The position numbers were made by a program, and so were the translations under genes. Under the pieces are notes generated by a model. That model had not been told where the DNA came from, did no database searches, and was given only the letters and a program-made list of their open reading frames with translations. This document shows positions 10,275 through 20,641 of a DNA stretch of 64,000 nucleotides, one piece after another. Positions within the stretch are counted from its first letter, which is position 1. The number at the start of each line of letters is the position of its first letter. Source of the DNA: Nitrosopumilus sp. Its GTDB lineage: Archaea; Thermoproteota; Nitrososphaeria; Nitrososphaerales; Nitrosopumilaceae. The stretch lies in the NCBI GenBank assembly GCA_965224195.1, contig OZ245040.1, positions 1,504,001 to 1,568,000 of the forward strand, in the 5' to 3' direction.

Positions 10275-10536
10275 ATGCAACACTAGCTTGAAATGGGAGC
10301 AAATTGCTCAAAAGGATTCAAGATGCAAGGCAGTGGATGCAAAATGGTTCTGCAAGCTTGTCAAGACCTGAACTGTAAATCTTGTTCTGAATCGTCTTCA
10401 TGCATGTTTGAATTCTTTACACAGGAATTCCAGGATTGCTAATTTGTCATGGATTATTTTGGATAACTTGATTGTCTTTCTCAATAATTATATGAAATTA
10501 GTTTTGGCGGCAATAGGTTTGCAATCACCTTGATTG

Positions 10537-11154
10537 TTATTTTTGGTAGGGTTTAATCCAATCAAACCTTACTGGTCCCTCATTTAAAATACCAGTCATA
10601 AATTTACAGCGTCTACTAAGGTCTGAAAAATATGCACGTGTAGCAGGAGTTATTTCTTTTTGAACAGCAACATCATCATTATCATCTGATGTGTTCAGGT
10701 GTTGAGACTTATCCCCTAAAACATTCTCCCATGTGTTGTAACTGCTATTCAGTTTATCAGCACATTCATCAATGCGTTGGCATATATTTTTGACATATTT
10801 TATCTCATCCAAACTTAATTTTATCAATGATCCGCTGTCTTCAATGGCTTTCCAGAAATTAAATTCCAGCGGTATGTAAAATTTCGCTACTATTTTCTTA
10901 TCCATTTTTTTAGAAACCAATTCCTTTACAAAAGACTGAATATTTTTTTCAGATTCCAAACAAGGTTCTACAAGTGCCAAATGCTTATCCATGATAACAC
11001 AAAGTCGTTTAAAGTCATCTCGCAACAGCTGTTTTATTTTTTTTATCTCTCTTTGGTCCTTTTTACGCTCCCAAAAAATTGAAATAAAAAACCCAAAGCC
11101 AGCTCCAAGTACTGCTCCAATAAATGCAATTCCAAGTGCTTCAAGGGCCGTCAT
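10537..11154 (-). CDS. Membrane-anchored hypothetical protein, paralog of 379..1011
   Basis: 205 aa, 31 substitutions relative to the first copy. Confidence 0.8.
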   Translation of the reverse strand: MTALEALGIAFIGAVLGAGFGFFISIFWERKKDQREIKKIKQLLRDDFKRLCVIMDKHLALVEPCLESEKNIQSFVKELVSKKMDKKIVAKFYIPLEFNFWKAIEDSGSLIKLSLDEIKYVKNICQRIDECADKLNSSYNTWENVLGDKSQHLNTSDDNDDVAVQKEITPATRAYFSDLSRRCKFMTGILNEGPVRFDWIKPYQK

Positions 11155-11222
11155 CTATTGGCGTTTCACCTATATGTCTAATGAGTTTTCTGCATTGCAT
11201 TATCTATAAGAATATTTTTAAA

Positions 11223-11350
11223 GGTTCTGTTGCGTTAGTGGGTGTTAGGTACAAATTTTTACACTGTTACATCTTAGGTCGTTTTAGCTAATTTCTGAGA
11301 TTTTGAATTGGTGTTACATTCGGTTGGTGAACTGTTACGTTAGGGTGTTA
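11223..11350. mobile_element. IS6-type end
   Basis: GGTTCTGTTGCGTTAGTGGGTGTTA identical to 41974-41998; internal tgttac repeats. Confidence 0.75.
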
Positions 11351-11684
11351 CTTTAAACAACAAAACTAGGCTATTTTTTTAGTAAAAAATTTTACTCTGT
11401 AATTAAGAATCATCTCTCGTCTTTTCTGAGCATTTTACCAGTAGTGCAGAATGTAATAGAGGAATCATCATTGCTTGGATCATTCTGAGCCAGGGGACAA
11501 GGGAATAGAGAACTGATGCATATAGTAATATAATAACCAATATAATGACCAATCATTAGCCAAACTCATGGGCCGTAATCATATAATTTTGTGTTTGTGT
11601 ATTCATGTTCCACTCCCGATTGCGGCCCCATTGATGCATTAAAAATAAATTAACCTAGCATAAAGTCAACTCTTGATCAAGTGT

Positions 11685-11903
11685 CTATTTGATTCTCTTT
11701 ACGACTTGAACCGTCTGCAGCTGTCTTCTGTTTTTCGTGTTGCGCGGCCTTGTCCTTAGCACAAAATTACAGCATGGACAGTGCTTGCCATTCCAGTACA
11801 TGAAAACCTCGCATATGGAGCACATCTTTTGTCCTTGGATGTAGCGATTAATACCATGAACTCTTTTTGCCTTGTGTCGAGTGCAGGTTCCCTTGCAGGT
11901 CAT
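11685..11903 (-). CDS. Small Cys-rich Zn-finger protein (probable start MTCKGTC)
   Basis: CKGTC...CSICEVF...CPCCNFVLRTRPR; related fragment at about 43096-43232. Confidence 0.75.
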   Translation of the reverse strand: MTCKGTCTRHKAKRVHGINRYIQGQKMCSICEVFMYWNGKHCPCCNFVLRTRPRNTKNRRQLQTVQVVKRIK

Positions 11904-12189
11904 AGTGAAGTTATGCCAGAAAATACAATTTATAAATCTTGGAGTATCATTCATCTGGACTAGATAATTCAATACACTAATGTAATGATTCACTAATGTA
12001 ATGATTCACCAACCTAACGCAACACTAGCTTGAAATGGGGGCAAATTACTCAAAACGATTCAAGATTCCAGTTAAAACAGATGGTTTCATCATATATCCA
12101 CCAACACAAATCATCTTCTGCAAATACATAATCATGTGAATGGTATACTTGCAATATGGTTATTTAACCTTAGCCCCTTATAGTACAAT

Positions 12190-12432
12190 GTGAAGTTAAG
12201 TTTTGGTAACAAGTTGTTTTTGATTGGTGTTGCAGTTGTAGCTGTTACGATTATTAGTTTGGGTCTTATTGAGACATGTGTATGTCAGGGAGGAGGTGTG
12301 GTAGATTGTGTTCCTCTTACACTTGATGATGTAGGATGCCTTGAATACAGTCAACTAAAATGCAGTAATTTTTGGAGTGATATTTTAAAATTATTATTTT
12401 TGGAAATTTTTAGAATTTATGCTGCTGGATGA
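12190..12432 (+). CDS. Small Cys-containing membrane/secreted protein
   Basis: 80 aa with hydrophobic N-terminus. Confidence 0.5.
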   Translation: MKLSFGNKLFLIGVAVVAVTIISLGLIETCVCQGGGVVDCVPLTLDDVGCLEYSQLKCSNFWSDILKLLFLEIFRIYAAG

Positions 12433-12657
12433 ATAAACATGGCAGTCTCACTATGCAGGTTATCATTATTTACGGCATAGATATCAACAGTATAACCCTT
12501 ATCAAGGTTGTTTGTGAGATACCTGTGGTTAACTGCAGCAGATATTTGTTACAATCTTTCTAGAAATTTTGTGCTAATATCCTCAATTATAGACATGTCA
12601 AGTTTTTCAGAATGTATATGGTGTATTGTAACATAGTCCATTTCTAATTAATTTTCT

Positions 12658-12894
12658 TTATTTGGGAATAGTTGTTTCTTTTGATTGAGCTTTTCTAAAA
12701 TAGAAAATTACTATCGTAGTAAAGTTGGTTGATAAAACACCCAAAACTAACAACATGATCTGGTTCTCCCCAGTAATTGGATGGGTTAAAACATAATAAA
12801 TTACAAATCCCAAAAATGTAGTTAATGCTATTGCGATTGCACTTCGAGTTGTAATTTTATCCAAAATCAATTTTTGTAAACTAGAATCAGGCAA
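12658..12894 (-). CDS. Small two-TM membrane protein
   Basis: 78 aa, two hydrophobic helices, basic tail. Confidence 0.6.
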   Translation of the reverse strand: MPDSSLQKLILDKITTRSAIAIALTTFLGFVIYYVLTHPITGENQIMLLVLGVLSTNFTTIVIFYFRKAQSKETTIPK

Positions 12895-13262
12895 TGGAAA
12901 AAAATATCATCTGCCAATAAAGGTATTATCACAAATCTATGTTTGATACCTTAAACTATTCTTAAAGATTATATCAATTGAAATTGAAATAGGTCTTATT
13001 AATTCATTAATTATTGTAATTTACAATGACGACAAACATGACAAAATCACTAGTTATGTTTGCTATGTTACCATTACTTATGGCCAGTTTGGTGGTGGGG
13101 AGTCTACGTATACAATTGGCATAACTAATAATATGCCCAATCTTTTTTTATAAAATATTATTCTATTGTCATTTATGCATAGCCATATTTTATACCAGTG
13201 GAGGATTATTTATTTTTAGTTCAGCTGTTACTAAGAATCGATTCTATCAAGGGATGACACTA

Positions 13263-14328
13263 GATGAGTTGCGCAATTGCAAGCAAAAATCTAACTTTTC
13301 TATCATTTAATTTTTAATTTTATGGAATTGTAATGAATTCTTCTTTCCATTTAATCTTGAAACTGACAGTCCCACAAACAATTTCACTTATCACATCATA
13401 TCTGCATAATTTGTTTCTAAACACATCGCGATTTATCCGAAATTGCCTGACTTGTGCAATGACACGTCCAACTTTTATTCTAATTTTTGACTGCATCCTG
13501 TTCCACTCCTTTTGAGCAACAGTCAATTTTTTTCCTTTCTTTTTCTTGCATGGCAAAACACTTGCCTGTTCTGGAAAGTCTTTTTCCATCCCCAAATATC
13601 CAGGATCATAAGACTGCAGCAACCCTTCAGACAATGTTGGATGCCTTGGTTTGTAAATTCCGTAATCATGATGGCTGCCAGGCGAATGTGCAGATTTGTG
13701 GATTGTTATCCCATCAGGATTTATGGCAATTTGATTTTGTACTGCATGTTTTTTCTTTTTGCCTGAATGGCGTGCCTTTCTTTTCTTTTTGTTTTTTGGT
13801 CTTGGGATGGGCTGTTCTGTGCCATCAGTGATTGCAATTAATTCCGGAAAGAATTCTTGCAATTCCTGCATGCCGTTAATCTTTTTTGAATCTGCATATT
13901 TTTTGGCAGCAATTATAATGGACTGCTTCACTGCAGGCTCCAAACATCTGATGTTTCTCATTACGTTTGGTTTGTCCAAATCAAATGTCATCCCTGGCAT
14001 GTCATATGTTGTGTACATTCTGTAGTACATGAAAAACATTAGAATTCTGCCTTTGAAGGACAAGTCAAACTTGTGTCCTGCACCAATGTCCCTTTCTCTG
14101 TTTTTGGACAGTCCCTTTTGTTCTGCAGTTTTGCAATTTTTCTTTGTTTCTTTGTATGGGGAATCAAACTGTGGAACGGTTAGTCCTGCTATTGGCAGGA
14201 ATTGCTTTGGTTTTTTTGCCAGTTTGTGCAATTAAACATGAATTGAAAATAATTCAGCCTTAGCTTTGGATCTTATGATTAGAAAATGTTGAGATTATGC
14301 TCAAATTGGACTAATTGCACAACTCATC
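13263..14328 (-). mobile_element. IS5-family element with TIRs, flanked by TA
   Basis: ta-GATGAGTTGCGCAATT at left, AATTGCACAACTCATC-ta at right; encloses the transposase. Confidence 0.9.
13320..14231 (-). CDS. IS5-family (DDE_Tnp_4-like) transposase, possibly inactive
   Basis: HTH region, TDGTEQPIPRP, SGKKKKH, GSHHD, YDPGYLG; RIKVGRVIA where a catalytic Glu (RIxVE) is expected. Confidence 0.85.
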   Translation of the reverse strand: MHKLAKKPKQFLPIAGLTVPQFDSPYKETKKNCKTAEQKGLSKNRERDIGAGHKFDLSFKGRILMFFMYYRMYTTYDMPGMTFDLDKPNVMRNIRCLEPAVKQSIIIAAKKYADSKKINGMQELQEFFPELIAITDGTEQPIPRPKNKKKRKARHSGKKKKHAVQNQIAINPDGITIHKSAHSPGSHHDYGIYKPRHPTLSEGLLQSYDPGYLGMEKDFPEQASVLPCKKKKGKKLTVAQKEWNRMQSKIRIKVGRVIAQVRQFRINRDVFRNKLCRYDVISEIVCGTVSFKIKWKEEFITIP

Positions 14329-14774
14329 TATTGTTGATAGTTTACAGTGCAAGTGTAAAAATTAACATCTTCTTTGAATTTGTATTGAATTTCAAAAGAT
14401 ATAGGTAATTCATTGTCTTGTAAGAAAATATCTATGAAAACCTGTTTAATTTGATGAACGTCAAATGGCTTATGAATTATAGGAATGTTCAACAAGTTAA
14501 GGAGAGGAGAATCATATACGTTCAGATCTCCACTAATTATAATAAATTTAGCCTTTGAATCCAGATCCTTAATATTTTCAATAGCATAGTATCCATCATA
14601 TCTAGGCATTTGCAAATCAGACAAAACTAAATCAGGTTTGTGTTTCTTATACAACTCTACTGCATCTTTGCCATCATTACCAGTTGCAAGTATTTCTACA
14701 CCAACTACATGCAATAAGTCTGAAAATACATCTACAATATCCTGATCATCATCGATCAGTATACAGTTAACCAT
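14328..14774 (-). CDS. Response regulator receiver protein, 3' end cut by the IS
   Basis: ILIDDD...DLQMP..DG...HKP; stop codon overlaps the IS end. Confidence 0.85.
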   Translation of the reverse strand: MVNCILIDDDQDIVDVFSDLLHVVGVEILATGNDGKDAVELYKKHKPDLVLSDLQMPRYDGYYAIENIKDLDSKAKFIIISGDLNVYDSPLLNLLNIPIIHKPFDVHQIKQVFIDIFLQDNELPISFEIQYKFKEDVNFYTCTVNYQQ

Positions 14775-14928
14775 GTAAAACGAGCCTCAAATTTAAAATC
14801 ATATTTTATTCTAATATGTTACTCATACTTCAGGTCATTATATTATTTTATTAAATCCCAAACTTGGGAATGTCATTAGGCGTAATATTCTATTAAAAAT
14901 TAGTAATCATTAAAAATCAAATAGCAGA

Positions 14929-15633
14929 TTATAGAACTTTTTTTCTTACAGCATCAATTCTAATAATTCCAACTTTCTTTTTTGGTCCAATTAATCTAGC
15001 CTCAAATATTGGGACATAGACTTCAGAAATATCACGTAATGCAAATTCTTCATTTAAATTTTTAACATCAGATTCCATTGGTTTTTTTAGTTGGGTTTGA
15101 AGTTTATCTATTGCAGCATCATAAGTCATCTCAGGTTTTTTTACATTTGATTCATTTTTTTCGAGTAATTGTTTTGGATAATTCTCCATAGTCTTTGAGT
15201 TTATCTTAAATGGGAATTTTATTTCATTCCCATGATGATCAAAAGTCAATTCATCTTCTTCTTCAACAAAAACATGTTCATCTAATTTAAAATCAATTTT
15301 ATTTTTTCCTCTTTTTCCAACAAATGCCTTTGTAATACTTGATTTTGAACGTATTGGAAATAATCCATCACCTAAAGAAACTTCATATACGTTTGAATCA
15401 ACAGAGATGGAATGAGTAGCTTTTCTAAAATAATCGGCAACATATTTTCCAGAAACCATCAAAATACATTCATAGTATAATTTCAACGAATGAATGTGGA
15501 CATCCTCACTTTTTACGCGTGAAAGTAATGATTTGAATGGACCTGTTTTCTTTGAGTTTACAATATCCATAGCTTCTGTTTCATCAATATTTTTTCGTAA
15601 AACCACAGTCTTTACATCATAAGTTTTTGTCAA
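14929..15633 (-). CDS. Conserved hypothetical protein
   Basis: 234-aa ORF, core-like composition. Confidence 0.75.
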   Translation of the reverse strand: MTKTYDVKTVVLRKNIDETEAMDIVNSKKTGPFKSLLSRVKSEDVHIHSLKLYYECILMVSGKYVADYFRKATHSISVDSNVYEVSLGDGLFPIRSKSSITKAFVGKRGKNKIDFKLDEHVFVEEEDELTFDHHGNEIKFPFKINSKTMENYPKQLLEKNESNVKKPEMTYDAAIDKLQTQLKKPMESDVKNLNEEFALRDISEVYVPIFEARLIGPKKKVGIIRIDAVRKKVL

Positions 15634-15714
15634 AACTGTTCAAAGTACGGAATTCTATCTATTAAATCAATTCAGATAGGAAAGAAATAATAGATTTAAG
15701 AATAATCTAAATTC

Positions 15715-16077
15715 ATGGGAGATAAGAAAGGTGGCTATATTGACAAATTTTTGAAAAAAGCAGACAAGGCGATTCAAGAAGGGGTAAAAAAAGCAGATGA
15801 GGCATTAGAAGAAGCTGTTGAATTTGGTTCAATGACTGCAAAACAAGCAGCAAAAACAAGTAAAGAATTACGCAATCAGGCAAAAAAAGAAAGAGCCACA
15901 TTGCAGAAAAAAGGAATTGCAAAAATCAACGAAGGACTAGCCAATGCAAAAAAAGTTACAACAAATACACAAGATGATTTAGAAATATTGAAAAAATTAG
16001 GTAAATTAAGAAAAGCAGAAGTAATTACAGAAAAAGAATTTCAAGCTAAAAAGAAAAAGATTTTGGATAGAATATAA
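15715..16077 (+). CDS. Coiled-coil protein with C-terminal SHOCT-like motif
   Basis: LKKLGKLRKAEVITEKEFQAKKKKIL. Confidence 0.75.
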   Translation: MGDKKGGYIDKFLKKADKAIQEGVKKADEALEEAVEFGSMTAKQAAKTSKELRNQAKKERATLQKKGIAKINEGLANAKKVTTNTQDDLEILKKLGKLRKAEVITEKEFQAKKKKILDRI

Positions 16078-16078
16078 A

Positions 16079-16534
16079 ATGAAAAAATCAAATATTTTAG
16101 GGACTAGCGATAAAAGAAAAGTAAACCCAAACTGGTTTACAAATAAAACGTGGATAAAAGTTCTTTCAGAAAAAATTAAAGCAAAAGATCAAGATATCTA
16201 TCATGTACATTTTGAGAAAGGTTCAAGAACAAAACTTCATCAACATAATGGCAATCAAGTGTTAATTGGAGTTAAAGGTAAAGGGAGTCTTGAAATATTT
16301 AGAAAATATGGTTCTAGTAAATCAAATTTTAAAATAAAAAAAATTGAGAAAATTAGCCTCAATGAAGGAGACATAGTGCACATTCCAGCAAAAACACTTC
16401 ATACACATGGGTCAATTGACAAGAAAAAAGAATTTTCACACATAGCCATAAACATTCTTCCAAAGAAAAATGCAATATACAAAACAGAATGGTATGAATC
16501 AGATTTTAAAACCAAAGTTTCAACCATCATCTAA
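16079..16534 (+). CDS. Cupin domain protein
   Basis: LHQHNGNQ...GDIVHIPAKTLHTHG. Confidence 0.85.
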   Translation: MKKSNILGTSDKRKVNPNWFTNKTWIKVLSEKIKAKDQDIYHVHFEKGSRTKLHQHNGNQVLIGVKGKGSLEIFRKYGSSKSNFKIKKIEKISLNEGDIVHIPAKTLHTHGSIDKKKEFSHIAINILPKKNAIYKTEWYESDFKTKVSTII

Positions 16535-16539
16535 ATAAA

Positions 16540-16902
16540 ATGTCATTACGTAAAAATTCAGAAATTGATTCAATTAAAGGAAATGAAGGTACTAAAATCA
16601 AACAATATTTTCATCCACATAACACTCTAAATGGAATTAACTACAGTTTAGCTCAATTCACATTAGAAACAGGAAAAAAATCAAAACTTCATAAAATGAA
16701 TTCATCTGAAATATACTATATTTTAGATGGTTTGGGAATTCTATACATCAATGATGAATCGCATAATTTAGAGAAAGATGATTCAGCATATGTACCACCA
16801 AACTCCAAACAATTTATTGAGAATGTAGGGAATAATGATTTGAAATTTTTGTGTATTGTAGAGCCTGCATGGAAAGAAGAAGATGAAGTTTTGTTAGAAT
16901 AA
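16540..16902 (+). CDS. Cupin domain protein
   Basis: LHKM.SSEIYYILDG...AYVPPNSKQ. Confidence 0.85.
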   Translation: MSLRKNSEIDSIKGNEGTKIKQYFHPHNTLNGINYSLAQFTLETGKKSKLHKMNSSEIYYILDGLGILYINDESHNLEKDDSAYVPPNSKQFIENVGNNDLKFLCIVEPAWKEEDEVLLE

Positions 16903-16961
16903 ACAAATTAACTGTAAATAATGGGTAATTATTTTTAACATATGATAAATATCTATTTTTA

Positions 16962-17636
16962 GTGAATACATTTCAAGCACTCAGAGTATTGAATGTGGAT
17001 TCTAGTTCATCACAAACTGAGATCAAAGCAGCATATAGAAAAATGGCACTAGCATTGCATCCAGATAAGAACAATGGAAAATCAGAAGATGGAGAATTTA
17101 AAAAAATTACTGAAGCATACAATCATTTAAAGAACAACCACAATCAAAGAACTAATTCTAATTATCAAGAGACAGCACAGAACAAACAAAAAAATAATTT
17201 TAAAAGAAAACCTCAATGGGAAGCACCAGATGATGGAAGTATACCTGAGCAAGACTGGGGTAAATATACTCGTGAATTTGAAGAGGGGGATCCTGATTTT
17301 TGGAAAGAATATGAACGAAAATTCTGGGAAGATTACAATGCTAGAATACGTGCAGATGGACGAAATGGTGAATTTGAAAAAGCACAAGAGCCAAAAAAAC
17401 AGCCAGATCTTTTTGTCAATGTTGATGAAAGTTTGTGTATAGGATGCTGTAGTTGTGAAATTATTGCACCAGACGTATTTTCAATTAACAAAGAAAGCAG
17501 ATCAAATCCCAAATCATCAGTAATAAATCAAAAAGGTGCAGGAATTAACAAAATTATGAATGCTGCAGAAACTTGTCCCACTAAAGCAATTAGGATAGAT
17601 AACGCAGAAACCAAAGAACGGCTGTACCCGTATTAA
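16962..17636 (+). CDS. DnaJ-ferredoxin fusion protein
   Basis: J-domain HPDKN; C-terminal CIGCCSC...CP. Confidence 0.9.
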   Translation: MNTFQALRVLNVDSSSSQTEIKAAYRKMALALHPDKNNGKSEDGEFKKITEAYNHLKNNHNQRTNSNYQETAQNKQKNNFKRKPQWEAPDDGSIPEQDWGKYTREFEEGDPDFWKEYERKFWEDYNARIRADGRNGEFEKAQEPKKQPDLFVNVDESLCIGCCSCEIIAPDVFSINKESRSNPKSSVINQKGAGINKIMNAAETCPTKAIRIDNAETKERLYPY

Positions 17637-18040
17637 ATTTTCAGTTTTTCATAGAGTTCATTCATTTCAAATTCAGATAGAATTACAGTAGAACTAAACA
17701 TACTATGAATTGCACCGGCAGAATCATCTTTACTTCTAGGAACTAAATGAACATGAACGTGAGGAATTTCTTGACCTGCATCTTTTCCATTATGAATTGC
17801 AACCAAAGTAGATCCAGTAATTGTATCAACATTTGAAACCATTTGTTGAACTAGTGAAAAGAGGTCAGTATTTTCTTCAATACTCATATCTTGAATTTTT
17901 TGATGATGATTTTTTGGAATAACCAAAACATGCCCTGTTGCAAGAGGAAATGCATCTAAAAATGAAACAGAATGTTTTGTTTCTGTTAAGAATTTTGATT
18001 TTATTTCACCAGACATAATCTTACAAAAAATACAATCCAT
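17633..18040 (-). CDS. HIT family hydrolase
   Basis: CIFCKI...HVHVHLVPR. Confidence 0.95.
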   Translation of the reverse strand: MDCIFCKIMSGEIKSKFLTETKHSVSFLDAFPLATGHVLVIPKNHHQKIQDMSIEENTDLFSLVQQMVSNVDTITGSTLVAIHNGKDAGQEIPHVHVHLVPRSKDDSAGAIHSMFSSTVILSEFEMNELYEKLKI

Positions 18041-18077
18041 GATATTTTACAAAGGTTTTAAAATATTAAATCATCGA

Positions 18078-18356
18078 TTATGGCTCAACAATTGTTGCCC
18101 ATGCAAGACCTTCTCCAAATTTTATAGTTGCAACATCACCAGATTTCAACGTGCAATCCTCAATGATTTTAGGAATTGTGTCAGAGGTCTCAACATAACA
18201 AACACCATCGTCATTAGTCAAAATAATCACTTCTTCAAATACATCATCACGAATTAAATTCCAAAATGGAAAAACCAAAGTAGATAACACAATTCCTGCA
18301 AGAAGAAAAGCACCTACAAACACAATACTGGTTTTCTGACTAGAGTTGAGTTCCAT
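18078..18356 (-). CDS. Small membrane-anchored hypothetical protein
   Basis: 92 aa, N-terminal TM helix. Confidence 0.7.
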   Translation of the reverse strand: MELNSSQKTSIVFVGAFLLAGIVLSTLVFPFWNLIRDDVFEEVIILTNDDGVCYVETSDTIPKIIEDCTLKSGDVATIKFGEGLAWATIVEP

Positions 18357-18524
18357 TTACCAGGTTCCACCATCACCTGCGTTAGGATCTAATTTTTTAG
18401 CAGGTATGTTGCCATGTGCTTTTTTCATATGTTTTTTTAGTCGTTCAGGATCATGCAATTCAGTTCCACAAACATCACATTTGGTTTTAGTCTCATCATC
18501 CTTCTTACGTTTAAACAAGCCCAT
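18357..18524 (-). CDS. Small C2H2 zinc-finger protein
   Basis: Hand-translated MGLFKRKKDDETKTKCDVCGTELHDPERLKKHMKKAH... Confidence 0.75.
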   Translation of the reverse strand: MGLFKRKKDDETKTKCDVCGTELHDPERLKKHMKKAHGNIPAKKLDPNAGDGGTW

Positions 18525-18578
18525 TGAATAATAAAATTTTGAAATACATTATAAAGGATACTCGATTTTTATTAAATT

Positions 18579-19718
18579 GTGACAGTGAAAAACATCACAG
18601 TTTTAGGTTCTGGAGTAATGGGACACGGCATAGCCCAAGTTTCAGCAACTGCAGGATACAATGTGGTTTTACGGGACATTAAACAGGAATTTTTAGACAA
18701 AGCAATGGGGAAAATAAAATGGAGTTTAGACAAATTAGTATCAAAAGAAAAAATATCAAAAGAAGAAGGAGACGCAATTTTTTCAAGAATTACACCTATT
18801 GTTGATTTGAGTGATGCAGTAAAAAATGCAGAACTTGTAATTGAAGTAGTTCCTGAAATTATGGATTTAAAAAAATCAGTGTATGCAGAACTAGACAAAG
18901 TTGCAGGACCTGAAGTGATTTTTGCATCAAATACAAGTACATTACCAATTACAGAAATTGCAAATACAACATCAAGGCCTGAAAAATTTATAGGAATTCA
19001 TTTTTTCAATCCACCACAACTAATGAAATTAGTTGAAGTAATTCCAGGAGAGAAAACAGCACAAGCAATCACAGATTTAACTCAAGAATATGTCAAATCA
19101 GTTAACAAGCAATCTGTGTTGTGTAGAAAAGACGTTCCAGGATTCATAATTAATAGATTATTCATTCCGATGGTTCATGAAGCATGTTTTGTAAAAGATA
19201 GAACTGGAGCTACACTTGAAGAAATTGATTCAGCGGTGAAATTCAAGCTCGGATTTCCAATGGGTATTTTTGAATTAGCAGATTTTACTGGAATGGATGT
19301 AATTCACAAAGCTACAGTAGAGATGCATTTACGCGACAAAAAAGTAATCAATCCACATCTACTTGTTGGAAAAATGTTTGATGAGAAAAAGCTTGGACAA
19401 AAATCAGGAGAAGGGTATTACAAATATTCAGATGACAAATACGGACGTGTTGCACTTTCAGAAGAGTTATCTAAAAAATGTGATCCAATTCAACTTGTTG
19501 CAAATATTTTAAACAATGCTGCATGGCTTGTCTCAAATGGAGCAAGTGACATAGAAGAAATTGAAAAAGCAGCACAGTTAGGACTAGGTCTCAAAAAACC
19601 ATTGTTTGAAACTGCAAAAGAAATTGGAATCAAAAAAATAGTTGACGAATTAAATAAATTGGCAGATGAACATGGTGAATTTTACAGACCAGATCCATTA
19701 TTGATTTCCATGCAATAA
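18579..19718 (+). CDS. 3-hydroxyacyl-CoA (3-hydroxybutyryl-CoA) dehydrogenase
   Basis: GSGVMGHGIA, SNTSTL, GIHFFNP, PGFIINR, PMGIFELAD. Confidence 0.92.
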   Translation: MTVKNITVLGSGVMGHGIAQVSATAGYNVVLRDIKQEFLDKAMGKIKWSLDKLVSKEKISKEEGDAIFSRITPIVDLSDAVKNAELVIEVVPEIMDLKKSVYAELDKVAGPEVIFASNTSTLPITEIANTTSRPEKFIGIHFFNPPQLMKLVEVIPGEKTAQAITDLTQEYVKSVNKQSVLCRKDVPGFIINRLFIPMVHEACFVKDRTGATLEEIDSAVKFKLGFPMGIFELADFTGMDVIHKATVEMHLRDKKVINPHLLVGKMFDEKKLGQKSGEGYYKYSDDKYGRVALSEELSKKCDPIQLVANILNNAAWLVSNGASDIEEIEKAAQLGLGLKKPLFETAKEIGIKKIVDELNKLADEHGEFYRPDPLLISMQ

Positions 19719-19761
19719 CTACCAGAATTCATCTCAAAGTCAACATAAATTATATCATAAT

Positions 19762-20064
19762 TTGATAAAGATTAGAAAAAGAATGATTCCAAAACCACCA
19801 AGACAAGAAGTTAATGTCACAAGAATGATAATCTATTCACTTATACCAATTCTGTCAATTTATACAGGGTGGAGAATAAAAAAATTTTGGATATTAGTTG
19901 GAATAAATATTCTAATTGGTTTTGCATTAGGAATTCCAATCCAGTTGGCATTAGGAGAAACATATGGTAATCTAGTCTCGATACCACTAAGCATAATCAT
20001 ATCAATCTATGTAGTGAGACATTTTGCAAAAAAGTACAATGATGAAATCAATTCATCTAATTAG
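19762..20064 (+). CDS. Small membrane protein
   Basis: 100 aa, three hydrophobic segments. Confidence 0.6.
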   Translation: MIKIRKRMIPKPPRQEVNVTRMIIYSLIPILSIYTGWRIKKFWILVGINILIGFALGIPIQLALGETYGNLVSIPLSIIISIYVVRHFAKKYNDEINSSN

Positions 20065-20566
20065 AAATTAATTCTAAAATTTTCCGTACTGCTTCTTGTG
20101 CAGTATCTACACCAATTATTTTGATATTTTTCCTATGATCAATATACCCATCAATATATGGATCAACTGAACTTCCAAGGTTTTTGACTGCAACCATTGG
20201 TTTTTTGTACATATAGGATGCACAGGCTTCAGATAAAGTTCCAGACCCACCTCCAACAATAATAACACCGTCTGCACTTAGGGCATTTAGATAATCACGA
20301 GTAAGACCCATGCCAGTAGGAATTACAATGTCACAGAATTCATTAGCCAAAGAAGCATCATCTTGCGGAATTATTCCAACTGTTAATCCATTTGCATCAT
20401 GTGCACCATGGGATGCAGCCTCCATCACCCCACCAAGACCACCATTAACCAAAATGGAATCAGATTTTGCAATTTCAGATCCAATATCATAAGCAATTTT
20501 TTCATGTTTTGGAGTACAACCATTTGTATTATTTCCAATTACCAAAATTTGTCTTTTTTTTACCAC
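20057..20566 (-). CDS. LOG-family (TIGR00725-like) Rossmann protein
   Basis: GGLGGVMEAAS, VGIIP, GGGSGTLSE. Confidence 0.9.
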   Translation of the reverse strand: MVKKRQILVIGNNTNGCTPKHEKIAYDIGSEIAKSDSILVNGGLGGVMEAASHGAHDANGLTVGIIPQDDASLANEFCDIVIPTGMGLTRDYLNALSADGVIIVGGGSGTLSEACASYMYKKPMVAVKNLGSSVDPYIDGYIDHRKNIKIIGVDTAQEAVRKILELISN

Positions 20567-20641
20567 GAATAATATTGGAAAATTGGTTTGAAATATCTTT
20601 CCAAGAGAAAAAGATATTAGGTAAAAATATTGACTATCAGT

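Noticed and set aside
379-11154. Diversity-generating retroelement TR/VR pair
   Set aside because: Many changes involve A, but they occur in both directions, several are non-A (T/C, G/T, GC/CG), and no reverse transcriptase is in the window
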